This document shows, in pieces, positions 1-9,544 of a stretch of 36,822 nt of DNA (position 1 is the stretch's first letter; the number at the start of each line of letters is the position of its first letter). The position numbers were made by a program, and so were the translations under genes. Under the pieces are notes generated by a model. The model saw only the letters and a program-made list of their open reading frames with translations, ran no database searches and was not told the DNA's origin. This stretch comes from a virus (taxonomy: Duplodnaviria; Caudoviricetes): IMG/VR virus record IMGVR_UViG_3300037419_000253, positions 1 to 36,822 of that record; one strand, 5' to 3'.

Positions 1-2
1 TA

Positions 3-701
3 ATGGAAGTATTACAAAAAATAGATAGACCATTTATTAATATTGTTTGGAATACTAGTTTGAAATCAAAGAATAATCCCATTGGTGAGTATTTAAAGAA
101 TGTGGCAAGTCTACATCAATATAAAAATTTAACCTTTAAAGATTCAGAAGTTGAAAAAATGAAAAAAGCTAGTGGAAGTAAACATGAAGTAATGATAAAA
201 GAAAAACTAGGTGAAGATTTTGAAATAACTGCCGACCTTATCTTGAAATGGGGTCAAGGATATAGTGATTTCGAATACATGAAACTAGAAAAATATTATA
301 ATGATATGATGCAATCATATGAAATTGAAACACCTCAACATAAAACAGATTTAGAAAAACTAGCTAAATTAAATATCAAAATGGATAGATTAATTGAAGA
401 AGATGATTTTGCAAATATCCAAAAATTAGGTGCGACAATTAGTAAAATTCAACAAGATGCAGGTTTCCGAGCAATTGATAGAAAAAGTGGTGCAGAAGCA
501 ACAGGTTTATTTAGTTTTTCTCAAGTATGGGCAAAAATTGAACAAGAAGGATTTGTCGAGCCAAAACAACATGACTATGATAAAGATGATATTGACTATA
601 TGTTAATGTATTATGTTCAATTTACACAAAGATTAGCAGGTAAAGAGGTTAGCGTAGAACCTAATCAGAATTGGCGAAATGAAGTGGTTGAAAGTGAGTA
701 G
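3..701 (+). CDS. Putative terminase small subunit / packaging-associated protein (probably 5'-truncated by the window)
   Basis: 232-aa ORF open from the window edge whose end overlaps the start of the large terminase. The function is inferred from position only. Confidence 0.5.
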   Translation: MEVLQKIDRPFINIVWNTSLKSKNNPIGEYLKNVASLHQYKNLTFKDSEVEKMKKASGSKHEVMIKEKLGEDFEITADLILKWGQGYSDFEYMKLEKYYNDMMQSYEIETPQHKTDLEKLAKLNIKMDRLIEEDDFANIQKLGATISKIQQDAGFRAIDRKSGAEATGLFSFSQVWAKIEQEGFVEPKQHDYDKDDIDYMLMYYVQFTQRLAGKEVSVEPNQNWRNEVVESE

Positions 702-2448
702 TTACAAAAATTATTCGAAAAAAGATGAAGGTCGCAGAGAATATTTAAGAAGCGACTCTCAAAACTCTAATTCAGATAAGAGCAAAAAAGCAACTAGTAT
801 ATCATCTTTTGAAAATGTAAAAGAAGATTTTACAAAAATGCTATCTCTGTTTAGAGAATATCCCGACTTATTTATAGATTACTTAAAAACAGAAGAAACT
901 CGATTTGATTTAACACCATTTCAAAGAGTTTATTTGAGAGCATTTTTTAGAAATAAAAAAGTGGGAATTATTGCAAGTCGTGGTATTTCTAAGACATATA
1001 TTGACGTAATGGCAAATTATTTAAAATGTATTATGTATCCTAGAACTCATATAGCAATAGCAATGCCAACAAAGGTTCAAAGTGCAAAAGTAACACAGGA
1101 AAAAATAACAGAATTATGGTTAGATTATCCATTATTAAAAAATGAAGTTAAAGAATTTAAGTTCCAAAAAGACTTCACTTCCGTAGTATTTTGGAATGGT
1201 GCAACGTTAGATACATTAACAGTTGGAGAATCAAGTCGTGGATTACGTGGAAATGGTCTTGTAATTGAAGAGTTAGTAGATGAAAAGATTGATAGAGATA
1301 CTATTAATGAAGTAATTCTTCCTATTTTAGCACAACCACGAATGACAAGACATGGTGCAGACCCAAATGAGCATAGTAAAACACAAGCTTACATAACTAC
1401 TGCTTCTCACAGACAATCATATTGTTTTGAGAAAACTATGGAGTTGTTTAATGAGATGGTTGATGGAAAACCAACTATTCTATTAGGAACTTCATATGAA
1501 ATGGGTACTAGATTTGGAACACTAGATGAAAATGATGTTATTGAAAAATTAGACTCTCCAACATACAGTCCATTGAGTTTCGACAGAGAATATCGTTCAA
1601 TATTTACAGGTTCGTCAGAGCGTTCATTGGTGTCATTAGATGACTTAAATAAGTGCAGAATTCTAACAAAGCCCGAACTAAAAGCAAGTAAATCTAATAA
1701 AGATGCAATCTACGTATTGTCCTATGACGTAGCAAGGGCAGAAGGTAAACAAACTGCACAATCATCTTTAAGTGTCATCAAGGGTGTGCCTAGAGGTGAT
1801 GGAAGTTATCAGAAATTCTTAGTGGCAATATACAATATGGAAGGAACACATTTTACTGAACAAGCAATCTTCTTGAAGAAAAAGGTTGTTGAATATAATG
1901 CTAATATGTTAGTACTTGACCATAATGGTATCGGTAGAGCAGTAACAGATATTTTAGTGACTGAGTGTGATGAAAATCCACCATATAGCGTTATTAATGA
2001 TGATAGATACGATAAATACAAAAAACCAAACAGTATTCCAATGTTATTCTTGGTTTCTTCCAATACAAAAGAAACAAAAAATAGTGATATCATCAATGTA
2101 TTTATGTCCACTATTGCTAATCATGATGTAAAGCTATTAAAGTCTGAAACTAATGCAAGAGCATTTGTAAAAGGGAAAGATTCATCTGAATTAGCAAATC
2201 AATTAATTCCATTCATTCAAACTGATAGATTGATTGATGAAATAATGAATCTAGAATATGAACAAAGTGGAAATACAACAAAGGTCAAACAGATTTCTAG
2301 AGGTGTTGAAAAAGATAGATTTTCATCTTTTGCTTATGGTATTTACTATTTTTATATATTAGAGCAAAAAAGTAAACAACGCAGGAGAGAACAAAGTAAT
2401 GACCTCTCTGCATTTGTTCGATTTACTGCACCAAAATCTATTTTTTGA
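694..2448 (+). CDS. terL: Terminase large subunit (SPbeta YonF-like)
   Basis: Walker A-like IASRGISKT, Walker B-like RGLRGNGLVIEE, motif-III-like ITTA, and RNase H-like nuclease acidic motifs LSYDVAR, LDHNGIG and KDRFSS. GTG 694 is the preferred start; the ORF track start is 679. Confidence 0.9.
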   Translation: MSSYKNYSKKDEGRREYLRSDSQNSNSDKSKKATSISSFENVKEDFTKMLSLFREYPDLFIDYLKTEETRFDLTPFQRVYLRAFFRNKKVGIIASRGISKTYIDVMANYLKCIMYPRTHIAIAMPTKVQSAKVTQEKITELWLDYPLLKNEVKEFKFQKDFTSVVFWNGATLDTLTVGESSRGLRGNGLVIEELVDEKIDRDTINEVILPILAQPRMTRHGADPNEHSKTQAYITTASHRQSYCFEKTMELFNEMVDGKPTILLGTSYEMGTRFGTLDENDVIEKLDSPTYSPLSFDREYRSIFTGSSERSLVSLDDLNKCRILTKPELKASKSNKDAIYVLSYDVARAEGKQTAQSSLSVIKGVPRGDGSYQKFLVAIYNMEGTHFTEQAIFLKKKVVEYNANMLVLDHNGIGRAVTDILVTECDENPPYSVINDDRYDKYKKPNSIPMLFLVSSNTKETKNSDIINVFMSTIANHDVKLLKSETNARAFVKGKDSSELANQLIPFIQTDRLIDEIMNLEYEQSGNTTKVKQISRGVEKDRFSSFAYGIYYFYILEQKSKQRRREQSNDLSAFVRFTAPKSIF

Positions 2449-2480
2449 TTCAATCAATATTATATAAGGAGTGAGTAGTT

Positions 2481-3998
2481 TTGTCAACAGAACAAGAAGA
2501 AAAAACATTGCAAAAATTCGATTTCTTAAATGAGAATGGGGAACGTTTTTCTGCATTAAATAAAGAGACAGTGAATTTTGCTAATGTTGTTAACAAGATA
2601 ATTGATAGGGCTTCATATCGTTCAAAGTCAAGATATCAAAAACATACTAAAGAAGATATCCGTAAATGGTTGGACAACCCTCAATCGTTTTCAGACAACC
2701 TAGTAATGTTATCTAATCATTACTATAATTCAAGTTCTCAATATACTAGATTAATCAATTATATGGTTAATCTATTAAGTTGGGCTTATACAATTGATGT
2801 AGTAAATATCTCTCATAAAGACATGAAATCTAAAAAAGATAAGATTGAAAAGGATTACTTTGAAGTATGTTCAATGGTAGAAAATATGAATATATCTCAT
2901 GAAATGAAAAAGGTATTACATACTGCTTTTAGAGAAGATGTATTTTTTGGAGTGGAGCATGAAACAAAAACTTCATACTACATTCAAAAGCTACCATCTA
3001 AATTTTGCTTTATCTACGGTATTGAAGATGGCTCTTTTACATTTGCATTTGATTTCTCATATTTTGATACAAATGATGTAATCAATACTTATGATGAAGA
3101 ATTTCAACGAAAATATAAAAAATATCAAGCAAACAAAAAAGAATACAGATATCAATTAATAGATTCTAGTCGTTCTATTTGTATTAAAGTTAATGAAGAA
3201 TTAGACTATATTTTGCCACCATTCTCTTCTACATTTGATAGTGCTTATGACATTGATTTGTACAAGCGTAGTCGTGATAACAAAGAGAAGCTAGGAAACT
3301 ATAAAATTTTAACTCAAAAAATTCCTGTTCGTGAAGATTCTGATTTAAATAATGACTTCATCATTGACATTGATACTGCTATGATGTTTCATAATCAAAT
3401 CGTAAAAAGTTTACCTCAAGAGATTGGATTGTTAACATCTCCAATGGAGTTACAGGAGTTTAATTTTAAAGGTGATGCAGGTGATATTGATAATGTATCG
3501 AAAGTACAAAGAGATTTTTGGGAATCGGCAGGTGTTTCACAAACATTATTCAATGCCAATGCTAATTCATCAATGTCTATGGGACTAGCTATTAAAACAG
3601 ATGAGCAAGTAGTATTTGGGGTTGCAACACAAATCGAAAGATGGCTAAATCGTAAAATCAAAAAGAGATTTAAAAACTTTAGAATCAATATTCTAGAGGT
3701 TACTAGATACAATGAAACAGAGGTAATTGATAATCTAGTTAAAACAGGAAGTGTTGGTATGCCTGTTAAAACTGCTATTGCCAGTGTATTAGGCATGAGT
3801 CCTTCAACTTTCTTAACTACCGCAGTATTGGAAAATGAAATTTTAAATTTAGATGATTTATTGAAACCATTAGTGACATCACAACAGATGACCGCATTGG
3901 ACAAACAAGAACAAGCAGGTAGACCTACTAGTGGAAAACCATTGACCGATGAAGGGCAAAAAACTAGGGAACAAAATAAAAATAAAGAAAATAAATAG
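2481..3998 (+). CDS. Portal protein
   Basis: 505-aa ORF directly after terL, TTG start with AAGGAG RBS. It has portal-like C-terminal features (AGVSQTLFN, IERWLN, terminal GRP motif with a charged tail). Confidence 0.8.
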   Translation: MSTEQEEKTLQKFDFLNENGERFSALNKETVNFANVVNKIIDRASYRSKSRYQKHTKEDIRKWLDNPQSFSDNLVMLSNHYYNSSSQYTRLINYMVNLLSWAYTIDVVNISHKDMKSKKDKIEKDYFEVCSMVENMNISHEMKKVLHTAFREDVFFGVEHETKTSYYIQKLPSKFCFIYGIEDGSFTFAFDFSYFDTNDVINTYDEEFQRKYKKYQANKKEYRYQLIDSSRSICIKVNEELDYILPPFSSTFDSAYDIDLYKRSRDNKEKLGNYKILTQKIPVREDSDLNNDFIIDIDTAMMFHNQIVKSLPQEIGLLTSPMELQEFNFKGDAGDIDNVSKVQRDFWESAGVSQTLFNANANSSMSMGLAIKTDEQVVFGVATQIERWLNRKIKKRFKNFRINILEVTRYNETEVIDNLVKTGSVGMPVKTAIASVLGMSPSTFLTTAVLENEILNLDDLLKPLVTSQQMTALDKQEQAGRPTSGKPLTDEGQKTREQNKNKENK

Positions 3999-4011
3999 AT
4001 AATAGTGTACA

Positions 4012-4062
4012 AAATAAAGGAGATTTTACTATATTATATGAAACACCAAATCTCCTTTATTT
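4012..4062. repeat. 15-bp perfect inverted repeat with 21-nt loop between portal and protease/scaffold genes
   Basis: AAATAAAGGAGATTT (4012-4026) pairs with AAATCTCCTTTATTT (4048-4062). Confidence 0.8.
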
Positions 4063-4089
4063 GCAAAAATAAGGAAAGGGGGATAAATT

Positions 4090-5343
4090 TTGAATAAAAA
4101 TATCAAAATAGAATCTAATTTTTCAAATGTTGTAAGAATGAACCCACAGTTTTCTCAAGCTAGAGTTCGTGTCTTATATACAGGAGATAATAGAAATGGC
4201 TCTCATTTTGAGAAAGCCAATGTCGAAAAAGCTATTTCAAGTATTTTCAATATTCCAATTGTGGGAGAATTTAAAGAAGATACTCAAGATTTTGGTGGTC
4301 ATGGTGGCAAAATTGAAATCACAGAAGATTCATATAAATTCATCCAAACTACCAAGCCAATAGGTGTTGTTCCCGAAAGTGCAACATTTCATTGGGAACA
4401 AGTAGAACAAAAAAATGGTGCTATGAGAGATTATCTCTACATTGAGCCTGTATATCTGTGGCATAGTCGTTATCAAGAAGAAGTGGATAAACTTTTAGAA
4501 GATGGAAGTAGTCAATCAATGGAGATTGAAGTAAATGACTATGAAATGATGGATAATGGCATGTATAATATTACAGATTTTAATTTTAGTGCCTTGTGTG
4601 TACTTGGACAATCTACCGAACCTTGTTTCGAAGATAGTAGATTTTTAGGGTACTCTCTCAATAAAGAAGAATTTTCACTTCAATTTTCAACAATGTTGAA
4701 GGAGTTAAAAGCTTCTATGGAAGTAGGTGAAACAATGAAAATCTGTGAGAAATGTGGTAAAGAATTTGATGGTGAAGTTTGTGGTTGTGAGGTTGAACCT
4801 GTTGTAGTAGATGAGCCAATCGTAGTTGAACCTGTGATTGAGGATGAGCCTGTAATTGATGAGCCTAAAGTAGAAGATGAGCCAGTTGTGGTTGATGAGC
4901 CTGTGGTTGTTGACGAACCAATTGTTGAACCAATTGATGAGCCTATCGTAGATGAGCCAGTTGTCGAAGAACCTGTGGTTGACTATCAAACATTATATGA
5001 AACTCTTAAATCTGACTATGAAGCATTAGAGGTTAAATACAACGCTTTAGAAACTTTCAAAGCGACAACTTTAAAAACACAACATGAAGCAAATGTAGTA
5101 TCACTATTAGAAAAAGATGAGTTCTCTATGTTGGAACAAGAAGATATTTCTGAAATCGTAGAAAAACAACATGATTTCTCTTTAGAAGAAATTGAAAATA
5201 AATTCTACTCTATTTTAGGTAAAAAAGTAGCACAATCTCAATCTTTCTCTAAAAACAAGAAAAAAGATACTACTGTTCAAGTTAAGTTTAGCAAAACAGA
5301 AGATAAATCTTCTGCAAAAATTTATGATAGTTTATTTGAATAA
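4090..5343 (+). CDS. Prohead protease / scaffold fusion (YonD-like)
   Basis: Lies between portal and capsid genes. The N-terminal domain has GDNRNGS, QSMEI and FSALCVLG..EPCFE motifs. The C-terminal part has an acidic DEPVV repeat and a coiled coil. Confidence 0.7.
   Translation: MNKNIKIESNFSNVVRMNPQFSQARVRVLYTGDNRNGSHFEKANVEKAISSIFNIPIVGEFKEDTQDFGGHGGKIEITEDSYKFIQTTKPIGVVPESATFHWEQVEQKNGAMRDYLYIEPVYLWHSRYQEEVDKLLEDGSSQSMEIEVNDYEMMDNGMYNITDFNFSALCVLGQSTEPCFEDSRFLGYSLNKEEFSLQFSTMLKELKASMEVGETMKICEKCGKEFDGEVCGCEVEPVVVDEPIVVEPVIEDEPVIDEPKVEDEPVVVDEPVVVDEPIVEPIDEPIVDEPVVEEPVVDYQTLYETLKSDYEALEVKYNALETFKATTLKTQHEANVVSLLEKDEFSMLEQEDISEIVEKQHDFSLEEIENKFYSILGKKVAQSQSFSKNKKKDTTVQVKFSKTEDKSSAKIYDSLFE
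4789..4983 (+). repeat. Low-complexity tandem (D/E)EP(V/I)V coding repeats
   Basis: About a dozen imperfect GATGAGCC-containing units encoding EPVVVDEPIVVEPVIEDEPVIDEP... Confidence 0.85.
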
Positions 5344-5372
5344 TAATAACAATCGAAAGGTGGAAATAAACA

Positions 5373-5852
5373 ATGGCAATCGTAAGACGAGACAAAGTAA
5401 AAAGTGGCTATAATGGAAATTTAATTTCTTTAACTCATACTGCACAAATGACAAACGGTTTATTTATGGCGGTTAGTGGTTTAGTAGCAGGAGAGCGTGA
5501 ATTATATCAAGTAAAAACTGCGGGATTAGATATTACTGCGGATAAATTTTGGTTCGTAAATGCACCCGAAGTAATGTATGATGAGAGATTATCTCGTTTA
5601 AAAGACTTCGTTATTCCTGCTAACCAACCTGCAAGAGCATATGAAATCCAAGTATCAGATATCTTAACTTTAACTTCTGACTTATTCAGTGGTACAGTTG
5701 CAGTTGGCGATACTTTAGAAGTAGATGCTACTAACAACAAATTAAAGAAAAATGTAACTCCAACAGGTAAATTACAGTTCAAAGTTATCGGTCAAGATGC
5801 TTTAGGTGGAACTGCTAATGATTCATATGTTGTAGAATGTATCAAGGCTTAA
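5373..5852 (+). CDS. Putative capsid decoration / minor head protein
   Basis: 159-aa beta-rich ORF between scaffold and major capsid, with AAAGGTGG RBS. Function inferred from position. Confidence 0.6.
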   Translation: MAIVRRDKVKSGYNGNLISLTHTAQMTNGLFMAVSGLVAGERELYQVKTAGLDITADKFWFVNAPEVMYDERLSRLKDFVIPANQPARAYEIQVSDILTLTSDLFSGTVAVGDTLEVDATNNKLKKNVTPTGKLQFKVIGQDALGGTANDSYVVECIKA

Positions 5853-5881
5853 TTCTATTAAGCTATTTATTTAACAATTTC

Positions 5882-5899
5882 ACAAATACAATAAATAAT
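5882..5899 (+). promoter_or_regulatory. Conserved 18-nt motif, copy 1 (upstream of major capsid)
   Basis: ACAAATACAATAAATAAT, identical to copies at 10299 and 25538; one mismatch to the copy at 33885. Confidence 0.65.
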
Positions 5900-5917
5900 T
5901 AAGGAGTGAATTACGCA

Positions 5918-6904
5918 ATGAAGAATGAAATCGTAGCATTAGCTTTAGATTTACATAAAGGCTCTCTTGGAAAATACTCTAAAGAGGATGCAGAACAAAA
6001 ATTAAGAGAAGCGTTCATTAAAATTGCAGGAAATGAAGAAGGTAAAGTTGATTACCGTACTTTCCGTAAAAACAAAATCGAAATCTTTGAAATCTTAGAA
6101 GAAGTATTAGATATCCAAATCAAAGAAGGTATTGAAAACCAATTCCAAGAGTTTACAGAAATTAAAGACTTAGCTTGGGGAGATACTAATGAATTCCAAA
6201 TCCCTAACAAAGACTTATTCCAAATCTCTGTTGTTGCAGATGGTACAGGAAATATCCGTAGACAACGTACAAAAGACTATACAACTTTAAGCCTTCCTGT
6301 TAAAACTTACGCAGTGAAAATCTATGAAGATTTCCACCGTTTCTTAGCAGGTCGTATTAATTGGTCAGAAATGATTTCTCGTATTGCTAAATCTTTTGAA
6401 GTTAAGTTAAAAAATGATATTTACAACTTAATCTACAACGCTTACAATACTTTATCTGCACCTTATCAATACAGTGGTTCTTTAACAGTTGATAGTTTAC
6501 TAGATATGGCTTTACATGTTGAAGCTAAGAGTGGACAAGATGTAATTATCATGGGTACTAAAAAAGCATTATCTAAAGTTACTCCTGCTCAAGTTTCTGA
6601 TAACATGAAAGACAAATTTAATAACACAGGTTACTATGGTGTAGTTAGTGGAGTTGAAATGTTTGAAGTTAAACAATCACACGCTATCGGTACTGATACT
6701 TTTGTTATTAATGATAACTTCTTCTTAATCGTACCAAAAGATTCTGATAAATTTGTTAAACTTGTAAACGAAGGACATGCTTTAATTCGTGAGTATGACG
6801 AAAACAAATCTGCGGATATGACTATGGAGTATGAATTCATCAAAAAATTCGGTCTTGGTATCTTAGCAGGTACTTCAACTTTCGGTTTATACCGTTTTAG
6901 CTAA
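5918..6904 (+). CDS. Major capsid protein (YonB-like)
   Basis: About 328 aa, in the head module, with highly-expressed codon style (CGT, TTC, AAC, ATC) and a following terminator. ATG 5918 follows the AAGGAG RBS; the track start GTG 5906 overlaps that RBS. Confidence 0.8.
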   Translation: MKNEIVALALDLHKGSLGKYSKEDAEQKLREAFIKIAGNEEGKVDYRTFRKNKIEIFEILEEVLDIQIKEGIENQFQEFTEIKDLAWGDTNEFQIPNKDLFQISVVADGTGNIRRQRTKDYTTLSLPVKTYAVKIYEDFHRFLAGRINWSEMISRIAKSFEVKLKNDIYNLIYNAYNTLSAPYQYSGSLTVDSLLDMALHVEAKSGQDVIIMGTKKALSKVTPAQVSDNMKDKFNNTGYYGVVSGVEMFEVKQSHAIGTDTFVINDNFFLIVPKDSDKFVKLVNEGHALIREYDENKSADMTMEYEFIKKFGLGILAGTSTFGLYRFS

Positions 6905-6914
6905 TATTTAAACT

Positions 6915-6948
6915 AAAGGACAGGCTCACTGCTTGTCCTTTTTATTTT
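6915..6948 (+). terminator. Rho-independent terminator after capsid gene
   Basis: AAAGGACAGG-loop-CTTGTCCTTT followed by TTATTTT. Confidence 0.85.
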
Positions 6949-6981
6949 GTATATTAATCTAGTGTAAAAGGGGATATAAAA

Positions 6982-7617
6982 ATGGAAAAAGATTTAAAAA
7001 CTCTTACAAAAAAACAATTAATTGAGGTTCTAGTAAAAGAATACGGTCATGAAGAAAAAGATATTAAAACTTTAACAAATGGCAAATTAATTGATTTAAT
7101 TAAACAAGAACAAGAAGATATGAAAGAAGCAGAAAAGCCACAAGCTATCTCAAAACCAAAGCAAACTAAACTTGATAAAGAATATCAAGTATTAGTTATG
7201 AATGGTACTTATGGTCAACTACAATATATTTCAGATGTTAATGGTAGCACTTGGAAATTCACAGAATATGGTCAAACAGATGAAATGAATTTTGGTGAAA
7301 TCCAATCAATGCTAAATCGTCAACCTACTTTTATTAAAGATGGTTGGTTAGTAATATTAGATGACCAAGTTATTCAAGAATTAAGATTACAAGAATATTA
7401 CAAACATATTTATTCAGAACAAGAACTTGATGATATTTTTGCAGAAGCTAATATTGAAAAGATTCGTGAAATTATCAAAGGTGGTAATTTAGGAATTAAA
7501 ACAATGTTTGCACAATATTCTATGAATCGTTATAAAGAAGGGAAATTACACGACTTCCGTATCATTCGTCTTGTGCAAGAAGAACTAAATTTAATCTTAG
7601 ATTCAGAATCAATTTAA
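6982..7617 (+). CDS. Conserved phage head-region protein (N-terminal short helical, HeH-like motif)
   Basis: 211 aa with AAAAGGGG RBS, immediately after the capsid gene. Confidence 0.5.
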   Translation: MEKDLKTLTKKQLIEVLVKEYGHEEKDIKTLTNGKLIDLIKQEQEDMKEAEKPQAISKPKQTKLDKEYQVLVMNGTYGQLQYISDVNGSTWKFTEYGQTDEMNFGEIQSMLNRQPTFIKDGWLVILDDQVIQELRLQEYYKHIYSEQELDDIFAEANIEKIREIIKGGNLGIKTMFAQYSMNRYKEGKLHDFRIIRLVQEELNLILDSESI

Positions 7618-7631
7618 GGGTGGTGTAATGA

Positions 7632-8060
7632 ATGTCAACACCTTATTCAGAAGTTTATGATAGATTTTTATCAAAAATTAATAGTTATTTTTATTCAACC
7701 TTAACACTTTCTGAATTAGAGGATGAGTTGTACGACTATTTAGTAGTTGCAATCGAAAATTTTGACGAATGTGATAAATTAGTTGATAATAACGATTTTC
7801 TAAAACAATTCAACCAAACTTTGAATATAAGAGAGAAAGATATTTTAGCTACATTGATGGCTATTGAATATTTAACTCCTAAAATATTAACAGATGAATT
7901 AATCATACATGCTTTAACAGATAAAGATATTCGTATGACTAGCCAAGCAAATCATTTAGATGCTTTACAACGAACAAAAAGTATATTAGTTCGAGAAGCT
8001 AATCAAAAAATTAATAAGTATAAATTAGATAAAGGTCTAGATGGTTTCAATGATAAATAG
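7632..8060 (+). CDS. Putative head-tail adaptor
   Basis: 142-aa helical ORF in the connector position. Function inferred from position. Confidence 0.5.
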   Translation: MSTPYSEVYDRFLSKINSYFYSTLTLSELEDELYDYLVVAIENFDECDKLVDNNDFLKQFNQTLNIREKDILATLMAIEYLTPKILTDELIIHALTDKDIRMTSQANHLDALQRTKSILVREANQKINKYKLDKGLDGFNDK

Positions 8061-8379
8061 AGCAGATAAAATGTTTATAGATTATTGTGATGGGCTAGTT
8101 CACAAAATATATAAAATATTACCTTTATTTGAAGAAGGAAATCATGGATTGATTAGTAATCTACAATCTTTAACTTTATTTGAAGTTAAAGGATTAAAAC
8201 TTGTCATTGAAGATATGGATTGTTCTCATGAATACATTGAATTATTGGCAACACTTGAGCAACTGCTATTAGATATTGATTTCGGACAAATAGAACAACC
8301 AATCGTTAAGAGAGAAATCTTTAAGTGTATTGGTTTAGTGAAAAAGATTCAATCCTCATCAAGAGAGTTGGTTGAATAA
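8041..8379 (+). CDS. Hypothetical connector-region protein
   Basis: 112-aa ORF (alternative ATG 8050) overlapping both neighbours. Confidence 0.5.
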   Translation: MVSMINRADKMFIDYCDGLVHKIYKILPLFEEGNHGLISNLQSLTLFEVKGLKLVIEDMDCSHEYIELLATLEQLLLDIDFGQIEQPIVKREIFKCIGLVKKIQSSSRELVE

Positions 8380-9044
8380 TGGGCTATTTTGAAAAATATC
8401 GTAATAGAGCAGGAAAAAGTATTGGAGATAGAATGAGAGAACACACAGAAAATAAAGTACAATCACAATTGGTGAATAGTCCGAACTATAAGCAGGTTCT
8501 AATAGGTGGAACTTGGCATGATGTTAGACTTGTACAAGGTATTCGTGTTGGTTCTCTAGAAATTCTTTTTGCCCCACATCAAGATGTTCCTATTGGTTCA
8601 ATTGTTGAATTTGATGGCGAAACTTGGTTGATAACTGAAATATCACATCAAATTACAATTGTTAAAAAAGGTGTAATGTACAAATGCAATAATACACTTC
8701 AATGGAAAAAAGCTAATATACCATATTCATTACCTGCATACATAACTCAATATTACACTCTAGGAGTGTATGATATTGAGGCTAAAACAGGCATTGATTA
8801 TGATACCGCAAAAGGCGGTTTATTTGCTTATGTTCAAAATAATGCTATCTCTAAAACTATTATTTTAGGAGATAAGTTTTCGATTAATGGACAAGCATTT
8901 GAGGTTGTTGGAATTGATAATATTTCACACATTGTTAATAATGTAGGATATATAAAATTAACAATCATGAGAACAATCAATGATGGAACAACCATTGTAG
9001 ACAACACAAATAATAAAGTTACGAATGGTGGTGGATTGTGGTGA
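8379..9044 (+). CDS. Putative head closure / stopper-type protein
   Basis: 221 aa with two beta-barrel-like segments (IGSIVEFDGETWLITEI; LGDKFSINGQAFEVVGID). TAATG coupling to the upstream gene. Confidence 0.5.
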   Translation: MGYFEKYRNRAGKSIGDRMREHTENKVQSQLVNSPNYKQVLIGGTWHDVRLVQGIRVGSLEILFAPHQDVPIGSIVEFDGETWLITEISHQITIVKKGVMYKCNNTLQWKKANIPYSLPAYITQYYTLGVYDIEAKTGIDYDTAKGGLFAYVQNNAISKTIILGDKFSINGQAFEVVGIDNISHIVNNVGYIKLTIMRTINDGTTIVDNTNNKVTNGGGLW

Positions 9045-9544
9045 AAATGGAACATTTATCTCAAAATCTAGTTCAAGTATTGACAACAATAGTGTCAAAT
9101 AACAGAGAATTAGCAGAGTATTTAATAGACAGTGCAGACAATCCATTAACTGATGGAACAGATGTTGTCCAAACAGTTCTTAATAATGATTATAATAAAT
9201 TAATCATGAAATATGTTAAACCCTTCCCATTCGATGATATAACTGAAACATTACAGTCAGAGATTAGGGTATTTTTCCATCATGGTGAAATGGAGACAAA
9301 ATCAGTTATTTCAAACAACATTCTTATTTTTGATATTCTAGTTCCTAAAGTTTATTGGTTAATCAATGATGGTCAACCAAAAATTAGAGCATATGAAATC
9401 ATGAGAAACATCATTAATAAATTTGATGATAAGAGTGTTGGCACAATCGGTCAATTAAATTTTACAACTTTTGCTCACTTGATGGTAAATGATAAAATTA
9501 GTGGTGTAAGGTTGTTTGCAGAAATGACCATGATGAAAGTATGA
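9038..9544 (+). CDS. Putative tail terminator / completion protein
   Basis: 168 aa alpha/beta ORF two genes before the tail tube. Function inferred from position. Confidence 0.45.
   Translation: MVKMEHLSQNLVQVLTTIVSNNRELAEYLIDSADNPLTDGTDVVQTVLNNDYNKLIMKYVKPFPFDDITETLQSEIRVFFHHGEMETKSVISNNILIFDILVPKVYWLINDGQPKIRAYEIMRNIINKFDDKSVGTIGQLNFTTFAHLMVNDKISGVRLFAEMTMMKV

Noticed and set aside
2452-2470. TATATAA(G) element seen in several intergenic gaps (2461, 11053, 33951) as a late promoter
   Set aside because: Too short and AT-rich to distinguish from chance without statistics.
4789-4983. Short repeats as a CRISPR array
   Set aside because: They are in-frame coding repeats with no unique spacers and no cas genes.
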